Source: Catajapyx aquilonaris (taxonomy: Eukaryota). Taken from it: 64,000 nucleotides of DNA. The position numbers were made by a program, and so were the translations under genes. The stretch covers positions 1 to 64,000 of the forward strand of contig JYFJ02001089.1 in the NCBI GenBank assembly GCA_000934665.2, in the 5' to 3' direction. The notes under the pieces were generated by a model. That model was not told the DNA's origin and did no database searches. It saw nothing but the letters and a program-made list of their open reading frames with translations. Below are positions 1 to 10,900 of the stretch, piece by piece (positions within the stretch are counted from its first letter, which is position 1; each line of letters begins with the position of its first letter).

Positions 1-269
1 GGAAAGTTCTGGAGTTTTGTCCGTTTGGAATTAAAGTTAAGGTTTTAAAAATAACTTACTACCATTAATGGAGTTTTGTAAATATTGCTGCTAAGGCCGT
101 TTAATAATCCAGCATAAAGATATTTATTCTATATGCCTAATGCGCCCTCGCGATGAGATTTCCTGTATTTTTTAAAAAAACTTTTAGTAATTTTTAAATT
201 TAGAAATATTACCGCGGCCACGCGCTACCCCGCGGAAACGCTTCGCGACCCCCAGGTTGGGAACCACTG
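1..269. mobile_element. End of a hAT-like DNA transposon/MITE; the other end is outside the window
   Basis: Ends in CGCGACCCCCAGGTTGGGAACCACTG. Its reverse complement CAGTGGTTCCCAACCTGGGGGTCGCG resembles hAT (Charlie/MER-type) termini. The partner TIR and TSD are not visible. Confidence 0.55.
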
Positions 270-327
270 GCTCTCGACTGCACACTCTATAGACCTAGAG
301 AATAAGACAAACTTTCGGAGTATAAGG

Positions 328-440
328 TAATAATAATAATTATTATTATTATATTTATATTATATTATTATATGATAATTATAACATTGATTGATAATAT
401 TGATAATAATGATAACAACAACAATAACAATAATAATAAT
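328..440. repeat. AT-rich compound microsatellite (TAA/TAT/CAA)n
   Basis: taataataataat-tattattatt...aacaacaacaataacaataataataat seen directly. Confidence 0.85.
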
Positions 441-1769
441 ACTCCAAGAAATAGTAGGGCTATCTTTGAAAGCAGAGAATATGCTTCCACCTATTATGGA
501 AGAGGTTCATCTCTTTGGTTCATCTGAACTTGACAAAGTAACATAACGTAGGATTGTGATATCTCCATGACACTCGAAAAAAGTGGAGTGAGAAGATAAA
601 TTTGTCGCACGGTGTAGTGTGCGGTATGACGGCTGACATTATAGGAGGAGAGGATGACCTTCGAGATATCTTAGAAGTGCTTTGAAGTCATTATTTTTCG
701 TTCTATTTACGTAATAGTAGTTTAGTTAATTGTGTATGTTATTATTGTTGCAGGTTTATTATTTCCCAGTGTCACATATGACCTACAGGAATTGGTTCAA
801 ATTATGCTCGCTCATTTTATATCCAATTATCCATTAAAAGCTAGATCATCCATATAGGCCTACTATAGGCCTACTCTTTTACAAACGCATCGTTTGAGAA
901 TTTCATGAACACAATGGAAAGTTGTAATGATCATGAGTGACCGTAAGTCAGACCTAACCTCCACTCCCGAACAAAAATCCTCATTTTTGGCATCACAAAT
1001 CTTTGACATTAGAACTCTCTGCGTGCCAGTTTCCGCCCATTTTGAACCTAATTAAAGAGTTAATAAACTCAAATCCAGCTTATCAAAGGGCACACACCTT
1101 TCGAGACTTTTTATTACAATATAGTGCAGCCTATCAATAGGCACTATCACGTTATTTTTTTTTTTCTTGCAAATTGACAAGTAGTATAGTCAAGATTGGG
1201 AAATTCCGCATCGACATCGTAGTTTCCAAAAGGCACAGCAGAGGGCATTGAATCCAGTGTGCATGAGTCAACCACATAGAGCTTACCCCGCCATCTCTGC
1301 ACGGAATGTGCACCCTCTCAGCATTCCTCTCCTTTCAATGAACTTTGAAAACAACCATCAGACTCCGTACAATAACCCACCAGCTGTACCCACTCCTCCA
1401 ATCACATTTGAAACTTATTGCCAATTTTACACATTACACCTGCAAATTTTTCCGCAAACAATATGTCAACCGCCAATCCGCGGATGACAAATTAGTATTA
1501 AGTTCAGAAATAAATTAGGTGTTTTAAAGTTGTATTTAATTTCATTTAAAAAATATATTAAAAGGCAATGGTGGTGAGGCCAGCAAGCTGGTGCAGGCAG
1601 GTGTTGGTCGGCGGCGGCGTCGGCAGAGCGAGTTCCAGTCCAGGTGTAACCTTGAAGCGTTTTTCTTTCCTCTGGTTCACTTTCCCACTGAGGAGGATCA
1701 GTCACCTGGCCGGCTGGCTTTTCCACCAGACGCACTTCCATCGGAGGGCCTCTCTCTCCATCCTCTGCA

Positions 1770-1904
1770 ATGGAGAGACGGCCCGAATTATTCATCGGAC
1801 AGCAAGATGGACAAGTGGTCATATCACCTTGCTGGCCCCAGCAGCACAGGCCACCATCTAGGTGTGCAGACCCCGTCTGTCTGCCTCCAAAAGTCTCGCA
1901 CCAG
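1770..1904 (+). CDS. ARHGEF10: RhoGEF10-like exon 1 ([17 protein letters not shown]...PPKVSHQ)
   Basis: ATG at 1770; donor CAG|GTAAGC, phase 0, joins 5093 in frame. Confidence 0.65.
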
Positions 1905-4900
1905 GTAAGCTGGCATCATGGCGGCCATTACTGTGGTGTGAAAAAGAATGGCTTTGGCGTCAAGTCTGTAACATTGTTGCGTTTATATTGCCTCCTAATG
2001 GAAGCATTTGTTTCATTTGGTATTGCCCACGTTAAATTCGGATATAATGTGGACTATCAGCTATATAGCCGATAGTCCCGTTCAAAACTCCGCTACAATG
2101 GGGAATGGGCAAAAAAAATAGCAGCTGGTACAGATTTTTCTTTTTGTTGTAAAACACATCTGCCAGGTGACCATGTTGCATGTACGTGGGACAGGTGTTA
2201 AGCCCACTGCCCTCATGGCCCTCAACATCCAGGATTCGACCATTAGAAGCCCCCAAAAAAGTGGAAAATTTGAAATTCCAATCGCAGACTGGATTTGACT
2301 TTTTTTTGTGCACATTGTTGTTGTTGCCCGTTATTAGCGCACCTTTCGTAAAGAATTTTGTGGATGTGACAGCTGGTATGGTCAAGGGTGACAATTTGCG
2401 GGTATTTGCGGTCAATGTCGTAGGAAATTATGACAGAAGCCTGGGGGAAACCATGGGTGACTTGCTTGAAGTTGCACGATTGGTATGCTGTGGAAGAGGG
2501 CACTTCAGAACATTACTCCTGGGCTCCAACCGGCCGCTAGGGTATTTTTTTGTGCCATCGTGACTCGTATGTTACGTCAGCGATAATGACCCACATACAC
2601 TGTTTTTGTACACTTTCGCTTTCCTCCGACTTTCATCACTTGCAATTTCAGATCGAAAATATTCGGCCATATGTGGCAGACTAACTGTTATTTTTTTCTG
2701 GGGTGCTGGTCAGGCACAGGAAACCAAGGGGGTAGATTAACTGGCTTGATGAATTACGTGTTTCCCTTTTGAAGGGGTTGTGCGTGTGATGCCATCAACA
2801 TGGATGTCATACACGACCGTGAAAGACGATTTTTGAGCACCGCTTTTCCGCGACAAACCGTTGACGAAATACGGGAAATAATTGGCATACCGCTAACAAT
2901 GAGAAGTAACTTACAGCAAGTACCGTGAAATATGTCTTTCAGTATTCACTCACCATACAGCAACACACAAGAATACTTGACATAGTTGGAAAATATCACT
3001 TTATACAGTACAAACACACTATAATAGTGCAGAGTATTTAATATTCTGAAAACTGAGAAGAGCAGTTTGGATACTGTTATATATAGGGTATGAACATTGG
3101 GTATGAATCATCGCGATTGAGTGTAACGGTTGCTGTTTGTATGGTAGAGAACCTCGTAACGTAAATAATTGAAGGGAACGTATGACTCATCAGGAGCGAG
3201 TGGGACACCTGCCACCCCCCAAAAAACGTAATGGTCCACAGTCTTTCAAGGCAAAATTTTATCAGGTCGTTTGCGTGTGTCGTGTTGGAACAGTCGACGT
3301 TGGAGCAGTTGACGTGGTCAGACCTGCGCACTATGACCCGAACCGGCTACACTATTTAAAGGGACCGCGTCGAGTAAGAATCGAGGAGAACATCGACGTG
3401 ATTGAGCTAGTAAGCTACATGTGTGCATGGTTATTAATCAGTAGAGATGTGCACCATTCATATTTTAATTCTCGAAGTTCATTTATTTAACAAACTGGTT
3501 TGAATTTTTCCATTTACAAAAATGTGACAGCATTTTAATGTATGCAAAGAAAATGAGTACTTGTCATTTTAATTACTACACTTTTCGCACTACTCCGCAC
3601 TTGAAAATGGTGTTTGCAAATATTTGTAGCACTTCATCAATTTTATTATGTGCAATTGAAAGTGTGTGTGTTATTGAAAGCACCTGCTGCATCTTATGTA
3701 ACTACTGGAGTAATGTTAGATTTTTTATGAACGATAGCACTTGTGTATACTGTACGTATGACCACTTCACATAGCAATTTTATTTGAGCCTAATATTTAC
3801 GACCGTGCAAACTAATGTGCACAAATAATTGCACTTTTTACACAGACTCTGCCGGCATGCCCATTGTGCTTTAACCGATAATTGTTATGAAACTTGCGGC
3901 ATAATGACAAAAACGACTGCGAAATATTGATTTCAGCACAATCTATTTTGATTGCTCCACGGGGCGTCCTGAATATATGCCATCACCTCGCATAAGCCAA
4001 AGGTCGATGCATGAAACCTAATGAGGAGAAAATCTCTGATTACTTATTACCTACACATAATGGATTGTCCCTAACACAATTTGATCAATTTTGACCTCTA
4101 AGCCTTTTCATTTTCCCAAGCATTTTAGGGGCTAAAGCTTTGCTTAGAAAAGTTAGTGGCTGTCTGAATGGGCATTAATAAAACTCGATTAATTTTCTAA
4201 AAATAAATAAATAAATTTCTATAAAAATGTGACCCATGTAGTGTATTATGCTTTTGTTGTCAAAATTCAACCATTCATATTTTAATATTCAATGCGAATA
4301 GTGTAGCGTGCATAAATAAATTTAGATGGTAAGAAGCTGTTCGAGCATGACTTGTGAGTCATGCTATCGACCAGAAACCAACAGGTAACGTTGTGCTAGT
4401 GTTAGTCACCCTTCTGCTCGATATATAGGCGTGTATGCCGACGACATCCCCACAGAAGCTGCTCATTTGTTGCGAACCGCAGTGCGGTGCGTTACCTCAC
4501 CCACTTCAGATGGGGGTCACAGGTGCCTGTGCATAATGTCAGAGGTGTCGTCACATAAGTGCAAGAAAAATTTTGACTCGATGGTGAGAATTACTGTCAG
4601 TATATATCCGCCATCTGGTTATTGACTTCATCAATTGTCGAGCCTGTTTCCTGTGTGTGTCAATGAGTGTCCGGCTTTTTGATAAGGATGGCGACAGGAA
4701 AATATCCGTTTTTAATATCATCAAGAGGAGAAAAAAAGGGTAGGTTTCCACATATTTTCTTCCCACCTGCTGCCAGAGCCTATCTTTGGCTTCATCTGGC
4801 ATGTATGCGTGTCTTAGGGATGAAGAACCTTTCCTCCAAGCTATCATCTTGCGCTTGACTTGAAGGGAAAAATAACTTGAATGTGCATATACGTAACCTG

Positions 4901-7900
4901 TGGTCATACATGATATAAGCGAAGTCACGAAAGGCAATGCAGTCGACTGTGACCGTATTCCACGTAAAGTCGCTTGTAAAATCAACTTATGGCAATGTTG
5001 TAAAAATTTCACAGGGATTGTTGAAGCAAACGGGTCAAATTAAAAGTGGATTTTCTGTTTTGTTTGTTTATTGTTGTTGTTCCTCTTTGAAGGTTCCGGA
5101 TGAGATGGCAGCCGCTCTTCACGAGGTGGTGATCAACAACACGGTGTACTCGGCCAGATACGCCACTCCTCCTCGACCCCGGAAGTTCTCGCAGCATCCC
5201 GTTGCCAGGTCCAGCGTGATGGTCGGAGGAAAGGGTGGCAGGTGCAGCACTGTTAGCACCGGGGCGGTCCCTGGCGGCGGTGCATCCAGTAGAGCTGGCC
5301 CTCATCAGCATCCCCATCTGCAGCACCAGCATCACCACCACCAGAGTGAGCCTCAGCAACCCAAGTGGGCGCCCCCTTCTGGATCTGTGGTGACCATGAC
5401 CGATCCAGACTCTCGCGGGGATTGCTTCATACTGATGGAGGCCACAGATGGGCACGGCAACAGTCGCCTGGCAGTCATGAGGAGCGCTCCTTCCGAGTGG
5501 GATCGTAACAGGCATGCTGCTCCATCCACCCAAGTAAGTCACCTTTGACCCCCTCCATGCTGCCAAACTTATGTAGATATATCTTATCAATGGGGTAAGA
5601 CCCGGATATACCTTATGTCTAGTTGGAATGTGGGGCATGTCTGTTCAATGGGGATTGTTCTGTAACTCACGAGTGAAGTGGGCAAAGAGCCAACCGATTC
5701 TCTCGCAGTGCCAGTACAGCAACAGGGCTGCGACCTTTCTGGACGAAGGCTACGTGGCTGACCCCAACGACAACCCGGTGCCTCATCACGACTACCTGTA
5801 CTCGTACGCATACGATTGCAACGTGGTGCCAGAAGACAACAGTCCAGCCCAGGTGCCCCAACAGCACCTGGGAGCAGCCAGCATGAACCAGCCTCGAAGC
5901 AGGCACCCGGTGGCGGCCATACCAGAAGAGAACATCTACGAGGAAATCTCGGAAGTGCTTCCTGTTTGCGCCTCTTCTCAGGCCGCTCGAAATGTGTACT
6001 CTCGGATGGAGGACCAGTTTGGGGAACCCTCCTCCAAATCCCCCCTCTGCAGGACCCCAACCAGCCCTCTTGAAAGCCCCAACCCCAGGTCCAAGACCCG
6101 CAGCTTTGTGGAGGAAGTCATTGATGAAGTGGAACGGGTTCAGATGAGACACAACAAGGTGGGTTCACACGGGTGTCGTTGCCGATGGCGCCTAATTGTT
6201 GTTGTTCTCAGGTGATGGGGGAGTTGAATTTGGATATGGAAGCGATGCTGATGCCGGCACATCCGACTGAAGAGGAAGAAGTGGATGTTCAAGTGGGACC
6301 TACGGATGAACTCTTGTGTCCCGATAGTGGTTTTCAGAGCGGTTCAGGGTGTGTGGGTTTTATTCCGTCTCCACCCCCGCCCCCTTTGGTGTACCCGCGT
6401 TTGGGACCTGAAACACCCAGGACAGCTCGGTATGTCAGTAGTCCATCGAGGGCAGCTGCAGTGGCTGCGGCGGCGGCTGCAGCTGCTGCAGCCGCCGCAG
6501 CTTTTAGCGGACAGAGAACTCCGGATCCCTTGGACCCAAGGATTATGCAAAGGAAGCTAAGTGCGGATGCTGCAATGTCGTGGGGTGTTGGTGCCTGTGG
6601 GAGGAACAGTTGTCGCGAAGTGAGGGACTCTGACATTGGTTCTTCAGGAAGGACACCCACATCCAGGAAATCCCTGCTTGGATTCAAGTTTCGAGGATGG
6701 GGAAGCGTTAGAGGTGAGTACACACTTTTTTGTAAGTACATCGTGAAGGCAATCAAAAAGTTCCTTAAGTTTCACAAGAATTCATAAGGGTGGTCGTGTG
6801 ACGCTTGCAACACACCCAATGACGAGGATCCATTGTTTTGCACAGACAGCCCCTGCAAATATAACTATATGAAGTCAGCCAAGCTATGCGGCGTGTAATG
6901 TGGGGAAAAAAGGAGTGACTTATGCAAGATATTCGTGGAATGGAGGCGTTGACAAGTTGTGTCTGCGTCTTGATCTATTAGGCTGGGCTTAACTGCAGTT
7001 TTCTGGAACTATGTACGGTTAGCAAAATCGCGTGCAGATTTGAATATTCGCGTATCCTGGTTAAGCACTACCGTGTTGCTTTTGAAGGCCATTGCAAGGA
7101 AATAATTGCGTAATACTGCAGACTTCAACTACCTTTCAGCTACCGCATATGTTTTTAAACAAATTTTTAACACAGCTCATTTAAGTTCGAATCGGAATGC
7201 GACCTTGGTTCATATTTTTACTACCTTGAAGATTGTTTCCCACGGATGGGAATTTCCTCTACCAAAAGTTAATGACATGTGTTTAAATTCCTTCGACATG
7301 CATCTTGGCCTGGGTTCAAACGTGCCCTCCACCACTTGCGAACGGAAGTTTTTTTTTTTAAAAAAAAGACACAGTTCCAAGCACGTGCACCATTCCTTCT
7401 GCCAGAATATGGGTCCAAATTCTAACAAAAAAATTACATGTTGTGCCCACGTGTCCTCCGAACCGTTACTGTCGTGCTGGATTTGGATTCTTTCAAGAAA
7501 TTTGTAGAGCCGAACCTGTTGTTTTCTCCTGTTGTCACGCCATTAAATAATCCTCCAAGACCAGCGATTAGAGACCGGACCATTAGTCAGGCCCTTTTGT
7601 CCCCCAATGGGTCATTTCCCGTAACCTTGGACTTGGGTAGCACCCATTTTCAACGAGGGTAACACTTCTGTACTGTTTTAATTTACTATCGATTCTACTA
7701 AATCGTGGCAGTTCGTTACCCCTTTTCATATCTATGTTCGTTACCCTTCTGGTTGATAACCCCTTCCATTTTTGGTCATTATGTCAGTGATGCCCATTGC
7801 TGCTGAAGAAAGCAGCCGACAGTATTCACTTTCTTCTCGCTCTGTTGAATGTCCAACCCTTTCAAAAAAAAAAAAAAAAAAAAAANAAAAAAAAAAAAAA

Positions 7901-10900
7901 AAAAAAGCCGGCCTCCAAAAGTAACGAACAGGAAATTTTGGCACGGTAAAGCGCGCTCTTGCTCAACCAAGACCTGGAAGCGCTCGCCCATAAACAGCCT
8001 GTTTTACTGCCGATTCTACATCTTAAAAAACCGCTGTATTTCGAAGACATGGGGCTGACGCAAGATTTTGCCTTGAACACCTGGCAGGTGCGGGCCACTC
8101 CTTAATTTTTGCTGTATTTATATGCATTAAATGTGCGATATAATCCCGGGTCAGGTAGTGCCATCTGTATAGTTCACTTTTCCAGCCACAGATGGAGCAG
8201 AATTGTGGACCAGAAATTGGGGGGCGTTGATTTGTCTGGAAGGTTTTCTTTTTTTAAAAAAATTTTGGCCGTCTGCCAGTTATATCTGGCCCGGGGTGTT
8301 ATTTTGTCTGGAACATTGTTGACTAAATGCACCGCTAAATGCTCCATAAATGCTCATGCTCCATAAGGACAAAGGCGAACCCGAAAACCGGTTGGGTGTC
8401 CCCAAATGTGCCGTTACCAGTGAAAGTGACGCACACATTGTTGTGAAATTGGAAAGCTACGAGCGTATATGACGAACACGCATTAAAATTTAAAATTATT
8501 AAACTTTTTGTGGCGTCACAATGAGGGGCGTAACCTGACCAAAAAAAAATGTTCAAGGTCGTCTAATTTTGAGTGTAACTACTAGTTGAACCCCACTGTA
8601 AACATTTTTCACCTGCCAGGTAGTATTGTGGGGGTGAACCGCTGCCAGGGCCGGTGGGGGACAACTTCAGAAGAGAAAAAAAAGGACTGAGAGGGGGTTA
8701 GTTGGAAGCATGAGTCAGTCTGTGAGGGCCATCGAGCTTGGCGGACCGGAGTGAGTGTGGTTCACAGGCCACAGATGCCAGGCCGAGGCTTCTAATTGCG
8801 AAATTGAGGCCGGGAGTGCGTGTGTGAGTGTGTGCCTGTAATCCTAGCTGTAGTCCCCAGAAAATGCTGGCCTGCATGCACCCAAAATGGACAAGGTGCA
8901 AGAAGGAGTCGTGCTCTTGAATTGTGAGTATGTACAGTCACGAACAAGAAGATGTGGGCGGGGGTGGTTCAGCATAAGACCGCTGGGTGTCGCTCTCCGA
9001 CTTATGTAATTTGGGGGTGTGGGTGCAACAGGTGAAGTGTATACTGAAATTTCATACAATTGGTGGATCGGGTTTAATAGTCAGGAAGTAGTTTTTTTTA
9101 ATGTAGTTAGGGGGGGTCCATGGTTGTCATGGCTTCGGAGAGGCAGCTGGGGTTGGTGCTGATGAAGGAGTGGTTGTTTTTTTGTGCGTTGGAGGAGCTG
9201 GCTCAGCCCCTGCCTGCCTTCTGCTCAGTTGTAACCAAGGAGGCGTGTGGGCTTGGTTGCTCCTTTGTGCGGACTATGAAACGGGTCCGGTTGTTCGGTA
9301 GGTGACAAGTGTAATCACGTCATATCCATGATGAGTAACACTGGTGGTTTCCCACATATGTGTCACCCTTCCACACACACACTAGTTCATCAAGTGTAGA
9401 AATAATGAAAGGGTCGTATTTCTTGTTGGCAGACAAAAGGGCTTCCCTGGACGTTTCGAGTGGAGCTTGTGATGGAGCAGATGGTCTGGCTGTCAATGGA
9501 ACACTCGGTGGGCGAAGAGGAAGTTTGGGTCATCGAGTTCCGCCAGGTGAGTACACACACGTCTGAAAACCTTACCAAAAAGACAGCATCACACATTGGC
9601 ATTTCGCTGACCCACATAATATGTGGCATAAACAAGTCGAGGCCACGTACATGTGGTAATGTGACACTCAACTCGTGGGAAGATGCACAGTTAAGCGTGG
9701 ATAATTCGCACCCCGGGGATAATTTTTGATTAACCCACCCCTCATCTGAAATGTGTTCCTGCCTTATTGAGCAATTTTGATATATTGCTGCCGGTGACCC
9801 AAATGTTCCGGGAGTGTGACCGCCAGATGCGTATGATGAGACTCTGTGGGACACACAGCATCCCACATGCGCCCCCAGCTGAGACTCCCAACAGTTTATT
9901 AACCTCAACGTATGCAAATGCATGTGTGTCCTCTTCCGTTTTTTAAATACTGTCCGGCAGGGTTGGCAGACGTGGGCGGATACACATATGTGAGGGGGGA
10001 AAAAGGGCGGTTCCAACACGTATTGTTCAGGGAGGCTGAGTTTTATTTGAACAAAAGAACTGTCGTGAGGACTGTGTGAATAGCATCTGCTTACAGATTC
10101 TAAAAAGAGCCAAGCTAATTTTGCTAATTGCTCACGTTCTAGTTGTACAGTAGGCATAATGCAAGCTGTAGGCCCCCTGGCTCCCAACTAGGAGAATTTA
10201 CAATTTCCTTATTAAATGTTGATAGGCAGATATGCAGCATGGCCCGAATTTGCATGCTCAATGGGTCGGCTCCCTTTCACCCCGACTCGTATCTGCCATG
10301 CAGAAATGTTTTGATGACGCAATAAATTACGAACCAAGCGTATGCCATCGGGGGCCCAAGATAACAGTGCTTTCGTCCGAGGTGGTAAAACCAGGCGGGG
10401 CTAATGGCCCTAAGTTCAGGTGCAAATTGGGCAAACGCATCTGGTACAATTTAATTGGGCCAATAGACAGCAAGTCATACTTCAATTAGCAAACTCCAGG
10501 CTGGATAGCAACAGCCGGAGATAAATGATTGAACCTTCATGGTGTGGAGGATTGTTGAATGAAAGCCAAGTGTGTCTTCGGCCTACCTTAACTCTCCTTG
10601 GAATGCATATCTCAAGTGGCGCCTCTGGTTCGTAGAACTTACATTTCCGTTGGTTTTTTCGCGTATGTTTGTTGTGTGTATAAAGGATGATAAGTAGATG
10701 CATTTTTGTACGAGTTATTACTGACTTGTGGTTAAAGGGCGGAGTAGTTGTTTTGTACTAACTGGTTCTAAAGGTCACAGTTTGAGTTTCTGCTGGCTTT
10801 TTCCTCACCCAAGTGTAGTGGGCAGATCTGATAAAAATTTTAGAAGACAAAAGAGCTGGATATAAAGTCTAGAATGGAAACTAACTGTCCGGTGTCGTCC

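Noticed and set aside
1591..1908. Alternative frame for RhoGEF exon 1 ([10 protein letters not shown]...)
   Set aside because: It ends in phase 2 at the 1904 donor and is incompatible with the phase-0 acceptor at 5093; the 1770 frame fits
2779..2795. 12-nt match to miR-210 (TTGTGCGTGTGA)
   Set aside because: The 3' half diverges and there is no precursor hairpin
5009..6756. Long minus-strand ORFs (209, 157, 161, 140 aa)
   Set aside because: Antisense shadows of GC-rich RhoGEF coding exons
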